Positions 51,679 to 63,490 of a stretch of 64,000 nt of DNA are shown one piece after another. Position numbers and translations under genes: made by a program. Source of the stretch: Amphiscolops sp. MND2022 (taxonomy: Eukaryota); assembly GCA_964187785.1 (NCBI GenBank), contig OZ076409.1, positions 75,456,001 to 75,520,000 of the forward strand, read 5' to 3'. The notes beneath the pieces are model-generated. The model searched no databases and had not been told where the DNA came from. It saw nothing but the letters and a program-made list of their open reading frames with translations. Position 1 is the first letter of the stretch. Each line of letters begins with the position of its first letter.

Positions 51679-54600
51679 GTGGTCAGTGCTGTTGCGTTCA
51701 TTTTTTTCCGGCCGTGGGGGAGGGCCCCTCTGAGGCCGGTCATTTTTCAGGTAACAGCTTTCTTATACAAAAAAGCGGGAAAAAACCTCAGTGCTCAAAT
51801 CCCAACCGTCAGAATGAGCTGAAATTTGGCATGTAGCTAGTGCATTGCAAATGATTAGGATGGGTTATAACGCTATGTTTGGCAAAATTGGTTTTGTTGC
51901 ATTTTTTTTGTCATATAGGGCCAAAAATGGCCTTTTTTGCGTATTTTTTGCTTGACTAGCTAATAACTCGCGTTGGGTTGGTACTAGCGATACGGGTGTG
52001 GGGTATGGAATTGAAAGATTACCAAGTACCTTGCTGATGACGTTATTTGATTTCCGCTCACATCACCCCCCACGCCGGAAATGCCCAATTTGTCACTTCC
52101 GGTCGCAATTTTTGACTTTTTTGGATGGAGTTAAAACCCATTTCCGGTGTGAAGGAGTGGGTTGAGCGCTTCGACCCCAATATACTAAAAGTAGGTTTGG
52201 ACAAAGTCCTATTAGGAAGAAAGTAATGTAAGCCCGTACCTATCACCCCCTCACCGGAAATAGGGGTCACGCCTCCTTTTTCTGTGTTGCAAAAGTGACA
52301 TGTGCACATTTGTCCAACTCCGAAGCCCCGGAGCACCGTGGGACCCTTATACTTTCTAAACACCTATCCCACACGCTACCGGAAGTGACCGGAAGTTTCA
52401 CCGGAAATGACATCCTTGGACCGGAAATGGTCAAAAAAGGACTTTTTCAATAAAAAAAGACACTTTTGGTGCAATTTTTAGGCAAAAAGCATAATTCGTG
52501 ATACGCTTGTTGCAGTTGAAAGGGCCATTGTTCAGCAAGAATGCATACAGCATTACGTAGCACATCAAGTGGTTGATAATTTTTCGTCCATATTATCCAT
52601 AGGACCGGAAATGGCCATTTTTGAATCGGAAATTTCTTCAGCTTGATTTTTAACAAGTTTTTCTACAATATTAGTGTAGGAATTGCTCGTCGGATGCTTT
52701 AGCTCTATTTTAAAACTAGCTGACTGCTTCTTAGAAATGTATTTCAGAAATCCCAACCAATTCGAGATTACCGGAAATGGGAGTAATTGCCTCCTTCATG
52801 ACCTTTGAATGATAAATTGTTAAAATCCGCAATTTATTTTATTCCACAACTGTTGCTCAGGTTATATCTAAGCAATAACATCTGCTTGTTTTGAAGTGCT
52901 GTATTGTGGGAGATACAAATATTGCTTTTTAATAGTAATACATACGTGATATTCGCCGCAATAAAGATTTTTCAAATCAACCATTTTGAAGTCCTACTGG
53001 TGTTCCGCACACCCGAAATAATTTAAGTTTCTAGTTTCGATTTTCAGCCTTCCGCGACTATTGAGTTGAGATGATAGTTTTCACGTTCTCTGCAAAACGG
53101 GCATTTCATTGTGTATGTGACATTTATTGGGTTGTTTCACATGGTAATTCAAAACTAATTGATCATACAATTTAGAACAATTGAAAATTTTCAATTGAAC
53201 AATAAATGTTTTAATAATTTCTCTTTCGTTAAAGATACTCTTTTGTGGCCATTAGAACAGGTTGAATTGGTTGAATAAGTAACCAGTGCGATACATCGTT
53301 TAATACATACCGTTTGACATCGTTTTCTTGCGAACAAAGACAAGCATGATTTGTTGGAAGTTTTTACCATATCGCTTCAAATCGATCGTGACAAACAATG
53401 AATTTCTCGTTTTAATTGCTACTTCGAAAGCAGCCTGAAAACGCAAATCGATCTATTGAGTTATGGAGATGCAACTAAGCATTTCAAGTCTGGGTTTCAA
53501 TTTAATTCTATCACTCCGGACTATTTTTATGTCGCAAAAGTGATAAAGGGTGTTAGCAAGGTTAAAAACATCGAACAATTTTAAAAATAATGCCTTCGGA
53601 AAGGGAAGAAAAATGAGTTTTCCTGTCAAAACAATGATAACCACGTACGAAACATCAAGTATTTGTATTGTTCAATAGTCCAAAACATGAATGAAGTTTT
53701 TAAATATCCAAGAGTTTCCAATCAAGCATGCGTTTCAAATGTCTCACAGGGCAGCATCGTTTTCAAAAAACAGTGCTTTCAATGTGGTTTCATACCAGCA
53801 AAACGAACGCAGGCACAACCACATTCTCAAAATTCTTGCACAACAACCAATTTCTTTGAAAATCCTATTTGATTCCTCAAGGTATATGGTGAGAACCCTG
53901 TTGGGTTCCAAAGTTGATGTGCTGTTTCCTTGGGTTTGCGAGATAAGTTACAACGGAAATCTGAAAGCAGGTCGTCTCAATAAAATACCTGTTGCTCTTT
54001 AAACGATTGGACTTAAGTAGTCGAAATTTATTCTCAGACACTTTCGATCAGAGAATGTTTGAGTCCTAACGTTCGAATCAGGTTGGTTTCAGGTGGCTCG
54101 AAGTGCCAGCTGAACCAACCTTTCAAATAAAGAAAAACCCCACATCTCCCTTCATGCCACGCTACCCCGTATAGCGTTTCAACTTGACAGAAATTGGAAC
54201 GTTTGATTTTGGCGTCGCTTGGGATTGACACACCAGTGTTGATACTAAATTTGGCAAAGAGGAATCGCAGAAATGATTGTTTCTGTTTTTTCCTTTGATT
54301 TAGTGTGTCGAGCGTACAAAGCAGTTTGGGAAACTAACTTGCATTTCCACTGAACGAAAAGCAAAAGTAGTAACATTGAAAACTTCCGGAATAAATTTAA
54401 TCAGGTTTCCGTATTTGTGAGATCAGCTGCCACTCAGTTATCAGTTACATCTTTCAAATTTTTAAGAACAACTAATCAAACTTTGCTCGACTCTCTTGGA
54501 TAAGGCAACAATAGTTTACTAATCTGTACTCGTGGAAAAAAGTCAACTGCCGTGTCAAAAACAATCTGTATGTAACTTTTCTCTCGTGCAAAGTTATTTT

Positions 54601-54749
54601 TTACCCCCTCTGACTCAACTATAGCATGTACGTAATGAAACCAATAACACCTTCAACTGTTAATCAACGCCCACCGTCCGTAGGCATGCCGAGGCATGCC
54701 TTTCGACGACGCGCGCCGGAAACAATCTATCGGCGCCACCCGCTTCTGG
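51679..54749 (+). mobile_element. Cassette type F, single copy with unique cargo (3071 bp)
   Basis: Starts GTGGTCAG, 5' stem-loop 51708-51739, B-like block near 52141, end hairpin 54682-54701, ends CTGG. Confidence 0.7.
52790..54620. other. Non-repetitive AT-rich cargo inside cassette F, possibly decayed coding sequence
   Basis: No similarity seen to other units; lacks the ACCGGAA/poly-C/poly-G texture of the array; only short interrupted frames; boundaries approximate. Confidence 0.55.
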
Positions 54750-56151
54750 GTGGTCGGGTATTTTTTTTACTCGTATATGACGTTTGCGAGGCTTTGGGGA
54801 GGGCCCCGTGCCGAGCCTGTTCCGATAATCGCCACATGTAGAAATCTGGCACTAAAATGCGAGATCTCAAAAAGTAGCCGTTAGAAATTTCTGAAATTTT
54901 GCATGTGGCTCAGAATTAATGAGTAATGAAAAAGTGTAGGAGTGAAGGTTGCTGAAAAAATGGTCCTTGTTGCACTTTTTGCGCAATTTTTGTCTGATTG
55001 TTGCGTTTTTTATGTCATTTTCGACTTTTCAAGCGAAAAACTCATGGATGCTTCGTTCCTAGCGCATCAAGTGTGGAGCACGAAAAGTTGCAGCATCTCC
55101 AAGTGCGTATGCTGAGAAAATTTGGTTGCCGTCGGGTTACCCCCCACAGACCTAGAGGGGTACTTCCGGTTATTTTTGACCCCCTAAATTAGGTAAACTG
55201 CTAATTTTTGTAATGAAGCCGTAGATTTAGCGTGTCCGCACCCTGCTGAAGTTTTGTTAAACATTTTGAGAGAGACCCAATGACATGTGTTCAGTTCACC
55301 CCCCATCACCCCCTTGACCGGAAATGAACGTTTTTGTGCACTTTCAGACCGGATGTCTCCTTTTTCACCGGTAAGGAGGCCTTGTACGACCAACTAGCAG
55401 GATATCAAAATTGAAGTATAACCCAGGGTCAACTTAATGACCACGTGTTGTCCAGTCATGGGTTTCACTATGACCGGAAATGGGCTCAAAACCCCACTTT
55501 TAGTAGTTTTTTATCAATTTGAATAGTGTTTGGTTCACATTCAGGTGGCGTAAGTCACTTGCACCAGTGTGAGTATTAACTGCATGTTCCCTGCGTAGAC
55601 GTAACTGACACTGTCAGATACCGGAAGTAACCCCATGTGACCGGAAGTGGTCAATTTTGACCGGAAATGGTCCAAAAAGTAGCGTAAAAGCAGTTTTTCA
55701 CTACTTTTTAGGGACAATTTTTTACTTTTTTTCAATCTGAATGCCTCCTTTATACTACCAAAGCTAACATCGTTGCCTGTTTTGCTAAAGATTTGGCAAT
55801 TGATTACCTTTATCAACCCCGATAGCCTTCCAAGTTGACCTTGGGTCAATCTTGAAGGCTATCTATACTTAAAACGAAAAATCGAGATAAGTTGTTTTCT
55901 CCATTACGTTGATAATTTTTCCTTGATGTCAAAGTGTTAAGCAAAGACTTTTAAGCAAATTAATGATCTGAATCTTGTTCAGAGGTCTCACCCTGAGGAA
56001 GATTATTTGAGATTGAAGTAAACTGAGAATGAGGTTAGTATTTGTCAACATCAGAGAATCTTATCAACGCCCACCGTCTGTGGGCATGCCGAGGCATGCC
56101 CTTCGACGACGTATGCCAAATAGCGCCACAGGGCGCCCACACTTTTGCTAG
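54750..56151 (+). mobile_element. Cassette type E (1402 bp)
   Basis: Starts GTGGTCGGGTATTT; diverged relative of 40038-41455 with the same tail. Confidence 0.75.
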
Positions 56152-57440
56152 GTGCCGGGATTTCTATTCGATAAAGTATGTGGCGCGTGTGGGTAGGGTC
56201 CCTGGCGCGCTCTTGGGTATGGTGTTCACCAGCTAGGAAATAGGGGTCGATTTTTCGGGATCTCCTAAACTAGCCACACGATTTGGCTGAAATTTGGCAC
56301 ACGTACTCCCCTCGGCAAGGTGAAGATGATTCCCTACTAGCGTTTTGCTCGCAAAATTTTTTTTGTTGTCCAAAATAACGGTTTTTGGTGGAAAATTTTG
56401 AACTTTTTTTAAATTTCATCTTATATCTCACCACGGGTTTACGCTAGCGCTTCAAAACCCTGCTAAAGAAAGCTTGCAAACTGTCTCAGGAATGCGGTGT
56501 GAAATTTTCAGCTCAATCGGACTTAAACTCAGGGAGATATAGCGTTTTTCCGGAGCGGGGGGGTTTCATTTTTCTAACGGTCCAGCTTATCTTAGCCATT
56601 TTTTCGAAAATGTACTCGCCTAAAGACCTCCCCTGGCCGGTTTTATTCCCAGCAAAACCATTTGGCCCTAAATACGGAGTTTCAGCGTTCCAGCATTCCC
56701 GGGCGAAAAGTTGTGGGACTTAGAAAATTTCAAAAATTTTCAAAAAATTTTTTTTTCGGTTTTCCGCCCTCCCCCCCGAGGGGAAAAGACCCCCCAACCA
56801 GTAATTTGAGTGAATTCATGTGGAAAGGCCATGTTTAGAGGAGAAAAATCCCGTTTAAATCATCTTTTTATCTTTATTCAACGTTGACTTATGACGTTTT
56901 GAAGGTGATGTTTGGAGGTGTGAAGCACGTGAAAAGTAAACGTTATGAGTATTTATCTGATCTGAAAGCCATTGAGATGCAACCTGTTTTGCTCAAAACG
57001 TAATTCATATCCGTTTGGTAGTCAATCAACACCCTTTGTTGTCATTTGACATCTTTTTTTTGTTGATATAAGAAAAAATTTTGTGTATTTATTCATTTTT
57101 TTCTCATCAAATAACTTGAAACAGTTGAGTACATTCCATCCCCCCTTCACGGGGGAGATGAGAATGTACTCGCAAAAAGCCCCAAACTACGGCCCTTACC
57201 TTCCCGAGCTACGCAGTATAAGGATTACATATTGGTTCCGACATTTTCATAGAGTTATATCTTGGTAATCTGTCTGGATATGCAGAAAAACCAGCACGTG
57301 CTTTTTTATACCAAGTTGCTCACAACGACAATTATTTTATATCAACGCCCCCATATTTATCAACGCTCCCCGTCCGTGGGCATGCCGAGGCATGCCCTTC
57401 GACGACGTATACCAAGATATGCGTTAACGCGTTAGCCTAG
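56152..57440 (+). mobile_element. Cassette type A1 (1289 bp)
   Basis: Starts GTGCCGGGATT, ends GTTAGCCTAG. Confidence 0.75.
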
Positions 57441-59631
57441 GTGGAGGTTATTTTATAATAATTAAAGTGTTTTTTTCCGGAGTTTGTGGCTTTGGAAAAA
57501 ACAAAAGGCGAGAAATTGGGCACTCCGGGCTGAACCGTATACACTCAAAATTCGCCCAATATTTATACGATCTCGAAACCCAGCCGTACGATTTGGCTGA
57601 AAATTTGCATGCGGCTAAAAAATCAGATTCTAAGAACTATTTCCTGCTGACATTTTTTTGAAATTTTTGTGTACGTTTCCCCCCCGCCCCCTAAAGGGGT
57701 CAATTTTCCCCAATTTTGCACTTATGAGTCAAATTCTCAAAACTGGTGGATCTGAGCGTATTCCCAGCGGAGACAACTTTTAACGAGCGCTCTTCAGTAG
57801 ACCTTTTTGACTTTTTACTTTGGTGGTAGGTTCACCCCCCAAGGAGGAAATGGCTTTTTTGTGACTTCCGGTCGAGACTTTTTTCACCCAAAAAATAGAA
57901 ATAAGCCAGTTTTGAGCAGGAAGGAGTGGATTTGAAGTGTCTGTACCCTTCTAAAAATTTGTTGGGCTTGTAGCGATATATCTCATACCAAGTCTGGTTT
58001 TCACCCCCAAACCCCCCTTGGGACCAAAATTCACCCAAACTTTTTTACCTCTGTTTGTAGTTTTTTTTGCAAATTGTCGTCATTTCCATGGGTAAAGAGT
58101 TGAATTAGGGGCTCCTAATAGGGTACCAATGTTCAAGTACACTTGCAGTGCAACTGAGTGACCCTTGTTGGGCCTCTCGTGTGCTCGGCAAGGACCGGAA
58201 GTGGTGTAAACCCCCCTTTTTTGACGTTTGTTGACCTTGAGTCTCGCGCTTAGATGACGTTTATGTCGCGCAAGTCCTACAAACCAGTATTCGGATGACA
58301 CGCTAGCCAACTAGAGAGCAATACGGGAAACCATAACATACCGGAAGTAACCCTCCGTGACCGGAAGTTGTCATTTTTGGCCGGAAATGGTCCAAAACCT
58401 AGCGTAAAAGCAGTTTTTCTTTGCTTTTAAAGTCAACTTATTACAATTTTCAATCTGCGCGAGCTTGTCCTAAGGTTCGTTCTGTTGCCAGTGCACACTT
58501 TAACAAATATACATCTGTAAAATTTTCGCTATAATATCGTCGGAGAGAGAAATAACGGGTTTATGGGACTTTTTTCAAAAACGATAGTCTGTATCTGTCT
58601 TTTTTACCCAACGTTTTTCAACAGTAGAACCACAGGGGTTAGTCTCTGCCCAAATATATGCCTAACAAAACCAGTTCACCCATTGGTTGCAATTTGAGCG
58701 TTCTAGCTTTGCCAGGTCACAAGTTATGAGACTTGAAAAGTTTCCAAAATTTTTTCCGAAAATTTGTTTCTAAACTTCATGTCTCCCAAAGTTAAGAATC
58801 TTCCGCACAACTAGGATTGCAAGTGAATGCATGTGGTAGAACCTTTAAATGGAGAGAAAATATCCGTATAGAACGTCTCTTTATCGTATTTTGACGTCGA
58901 GAGATGTTGCTTTGAATGCCAGCTTGATAAGACGTCGAGTAGTAACAGTGTGTAAATGGAACATATGTCTCAACAAATACTCATCGGAATACATGCGATG
59001 AAACCCAATTACCCTCAATTTCAGTTGCCTAGTACAACAACGTCTTCCAAGGAACTTTTAATCTTTTTGAGAAGTGTTGAAGTCATCATTAAATTCAGTT
59101 AGCAAGAAACAATTGAGTACATTCTCATCTCTCCCCATCGGGTGAGATGAGAATGTTCTTGCTAAAAGCCAGGTACTACTGCCCAATTTTGTTTTATTGC
59201 GACGCATTCGGTGCTTTAGCACATAGATACTTTTATTCCGTCTCACGTTTTGTATACACTCTGATTTGTTGTTATAAATTTCTCGTCATTACTTTACATA
59301 AACTAACTACAATCGTGAACTTCAACGTCATAGCCAAATTCATTTAGACGCCCACCTTTCCGTGGGTATGCCGAGGTATGCCTTTCGAAGACGTATGTCA
59401 AAACGCAAATGCGATAAAAAAAGGTGCTGATATTCGGAAACAGTGACAAACAAATTGACTATTTGATATTTGGTAGGTTTTTATATGGAACTTACACATC
59501 ACTGACATTTCAAAACATTCCAGCTGACGGCCACATACAAACATCAACGCCCACCGTCCGTGGGCATGCCGAGGCATGCCCTTCGACGACGTATGGCAAA
59601 TACCTTCATCGACGCCTCCACATTCCCCTAG
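57441..59631 (+). mobile_element. Cassette type G, single chimeric copy with doubled end module (2191 bp)
   Basis: Starts GTGGAGG; D/E-like 5' half, A3-like 3' half; degenerate end hairpin 59364-59383 and intact one 59562-59581; ends CCCCTAG. Confidence 0.7.
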
Positions 59632-60914
59632 GTGGCCGGAAATTTTTTTTTTCAGCAAAATCTTTGCCATTGGGGGAGGGGCCCCGGATGGCCAGTAGTA
59701 CGGCATAGCTCCCTACGGAATCCAGGCGGAAAAAACGTGATTTTGGAAACTAGCCGTCAGAATTTGCTCAAATTTTGCATACGGCTTCCTATAACAATCC
59801 TAAGAACTAATCCCTACTGGTATTTTGCCCAAAAAACGCAAAAAGTTGGTCAAAATCTTAGTTTTTTGGTCAAAAAATGGCGTTTTTTCGAAAAAAATTT
59901 TTTTCAGAGACAATTACTCGTAACTGGTTCACCCAGCGCAAAAACGCCTAGCTGATTTATTGTTGGGCACTTCATGAGAAGTGCGTATACAAACTTTCGT
60001 CCAAATCGGATGAAAGTTGATTGAGAAATAACAGAAAATTTGAGGCATTTTTTTGGAAATTTTTGAAATCCCAGTCTATCTCTGCCGTTTTTTGCCCAGA
60101 TTTTTTTCCAGACACTCTCCTAAAGACCTCCCCTGGCCGGTTTACCTCCCAGCAAAACCATTTGGCCCTAAATACGGAGTTTCAGCGTTCTAGCATTCCC
60201 GGGCGAAAAGTTGTGGGACTTAGAAAAAATTTTTGGAAACGCAAAATGTGTAAAGTCAACTTCAGGCCTCCCAAAGTCAAGAAACTTCCACACAACTAGT
60301 ATTGCAAGTGAATGCATGTAGAAAGTACTCGAATAGACAAGGAAAATGGGCTATAGAACGACTCTGTAGCTTAACTTGACGTTGACTTATGACATTTTGA
60401 GTGTGAGCGTCCTATAGGATTTTAATGTCAAAAATGAGATTTTGTAAGTCATGAGTCATCAAAAACTCATCGGAATACGTTCAATCATCCCCATAGCTGT
60501 TCAATCACCGTTGCTTAGTAGAGCAACGCCATTATATGTCTTTGGACCCATTTTAAAAATTTTCCTTACCGTCTTATTCGTCCGATATCACGAAACAGTT
60601 GAGTACATTCCATCTTCCCCCTTGTGGGGGAGATGAGAATGTACTCGCCAAAGACCTGATACAATGACCCATATTGGTTTTTATTTGACTTTTCTCACAA
60701 TATTGCACACGGATAGCTGTGTTTGGTAAAAGTTTTCCTTTGCACCATGTCTCCAGAAGCAAAACCACTTCTTTAGCTTACTACTTCTACTCAAACATCA
60801 CTAACGTCAACGCCACATACTGGCATCAACGCCCACCGTCTGTGGGCATGCCGAGGCATGCCCTTCGACGACGTATGCCAAATAGCGCCGCAGGGCGCCC
60901 CCAATTTCCGCTAG
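59632..60914 (+). mobile_element. Cassette type A3 variant (1283 bp)
   Basis: Near-identical to 37367-38649. Confidence 0.75.
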
Positions 60915-62202
60915 GTGCCGGGATTTTCTATTCGTTCGAGGAAGTGGCGCGTGTGGGTAGGGCCCCTGGCGCGCTCCTGTGTTTTCGGTTTTCCTACTCC
61001 AAATTCACACCCCAGTTATCTCCGATCTCGTAAACTAGCCATACGATTTGGCTGAAATTTGGCACACGTACCCCCCTCGGCACGGTGAAGATGATTCCCT
61101 ACTGACGTTTTGCCCGCTAAACATTTTTTGTTGACCAAAATAACGGTTTTTGGTGGAAAATTTTTGATTTTTTTTAAATTTCATCTTATATCTCGCCACG
61201 GGTTTACGCTAGCGCTTCAAAACCTTGCTGACGAAAGTTTGCAAACTGTCTCAGGAAAACGGTGTGAAATTTTCAGCTCAATCGGACTCAAACTCGGGGA
61301 GATATAGCGTTTTTCCGGAGCGGGGGGGTTTCATTTTTCTAACGGTCCAGCTTATCTTTGCCATTTTTTCGAAAATGCACTCGCCTAAAGGCCTCCCCTG
61401 GCCGGTTTTATTCCCAGCAAAACCATTTGGCCCTAAATACGGAGTTTCAGCGTTCCAGCATTCCCGGGCGAAAAGTTGTGGGACTTAGAAAAGTTCAAAA
61501 ATTTTCGAAAAATTTTTTTCCGTTATTTAGGCCCCCAAAGTGGGGGAAAAGACCCCCCAACCAGTAAAGCAAGTGAATGCATGTGCAAAGCCCTTGTTTA
61601 GAGGAGAAAAATGCCGTTTAGAACGTCTTTTTATCTTGGCTCAACGTTGACTTATGACGTTTTGAAGGTGATGATTGGAGGTGTAAAGCACGTGAATAGT
61701 AAACGTTATGAGTATACATCTGATCTGAAAGCCATTGAGATGCAATATGGTTTGCTCAAAACGTAATTCATGGCAGTTTGGCAATCAATCAACACCCTTT
61801 GTTGTCGTTTGACATACTTTTTTGTTGTTATAATAAAAAATTTTGTGTATTTATTCCTTTTTTTCACATCAAATAACTTGAAACAGTTGAGTACATTCCA
61901 TCCCCCCCTTCCGGGGGAGATGAGAATGTACTCGCAAAAAGCACCGAACTACGGCCCTTACCTTCCTGAGCTACGCAGTATAAAGATTGCATATTGGTTC
62001 CGACATTTTCATAGAGTTAAATCTTGGTAATCTGTCTGGATATGCAGAAAAACCAGTACGTGCTTTTTTATACCAAGTTGCTTACAACGACAATTATTTT
62101 ATATCAACGCCCCCATATTTATCAACGCCCCCCGTCCGTGGGCATGCCGAGGCATGCCCTTCGACGACGTATACCAAAATATGTTCGAGCGCGTTAGCCT
62201 AG
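60915..62202 (+). mobile_element. Cassette type A1 (1288 bp)
   Basis: Starts GTGCCGGGATT, ends GTTAGCCTAG. Confidence 0.75.
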
Positions 62203-63490
62203 GTGCCGGGACTTCTATTCGATAAAGTATGTGGCGCGCCTTGGGTAGGGTCCCTTGCGCGCTCTTGGGTATGGTGTTCACCAGCTAGGAAACAGGGGTC
62301 GATTTTTCGGGATCTCCTAAACTAGCCACACGATTTGGCTGAAATTTGGCACACGTACCCCCCTCGGCACGGTGAAGATGATTTCCTACTGACGTTTTTC
62401 CCGCAAAATTTTTTTTGTTGTCCAAAATAACGGTTTTTGGGGTAAAATTTCGAATTTTTTTTAAATTTTATCTTATATCTCGCCACGGGTTTACGCTAGC
62501 GCTTCAAAACCCTGCTAAAGAAAGCTCGCAAACTGTCTCAGGAATGCGGTGTGAAATTTTCAGCTCAATCGGACTCAAACTCAGGGAGATATAGCGTTTT
62601 TCCGGAGCGGGGGGGTTTCATTTTTCTAACGGTCCAGCTTATCTTAGCCATTTTTTCGAAAATGTACTCGCCTAAAGACCTCCCCTGGCCGGTTTTATTC
62701 CCAGCAAAACCATTTGGCCCTAAATACGGAGTTTCAGCGTTCCAGCATTCCCGGGCGAAAAGTTGTGGGACTTAGAAAATTTCAAAAATTTTCAAAATTT
62801 TTTTTTTCCGTTTTCCGCCCTCCCCCCCTAGGGGAAAAGACCCCCCAACCAGTAATTTGAGTGATTTCATGTGGAAAGGCCATGTTTAGAGGAGAAAAAA
62901 GCCGTTTAGAACGTCTTTTTATCTTGGCTCAACGTTGACTTATGACGTTTTGAAGGTGATGTTTGGAGGTGTAAAGCACGTGAATAGTAAACGTTATGAG
63001 TATTTATCTGATCTGAAAGCCATTGAGATGCAACCTGTTTTGCTCAAAACGTAATTCATTGCAGTTTGGCAGTCAATCATCACCCTTTGTTGTCGTTTGA
63101 CATACTTTTTTGTTGTTATAATAAAAAATTTTGTGTATTAATTCATTTTTTTCTCATCAAATAACTTGAAACAGTTGAGTACATTCCATCCCCCCTTCAC
63201 GGGGGAGATGAGAATGTACTCGCAAAAAGCCCCGAACTACGGCCCTTACCTTCCTGAGCTACGCAGTATAAAGATTGCATATTGGTTCCGACATTTTGAT
63301 AGAGTTATATCTTGGTAATCTGTCTGGGTATGCAGAAAAACCAGCACGTGCTTTTTTATACCAAGTTGCTCACAACGACATTTATTTTATATCAACGCCC
63401 CCATATTTATCAACGCCCCCCGTCCGTGGGCATGCCGAGGCATGCCCTTCGACGACGTATACCAAAATATGTTCGAGCGCGTTAGCCTAG
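62203..63490 (+). mobile_element. Cassette type A1 (1288 bp)
   Basis: Starts GTGCCGGGACT, ends GTTAGCCTAG. Confidence 0.75.

Noticed and set aside
28481..52040. Hammerhead retrozyme array
   Set aside because: I noticed CTGATGA only at isolated, non-homologous positions (about 28481 and 52034), not as a conserved core in each unit.
876..63450. CRISPR array based on the conserved palindromic ~35 nt repeat
   Set aside because: Intervening sequences are 1.2-3 kb, are themselves repeated families, and no cas genes are present.
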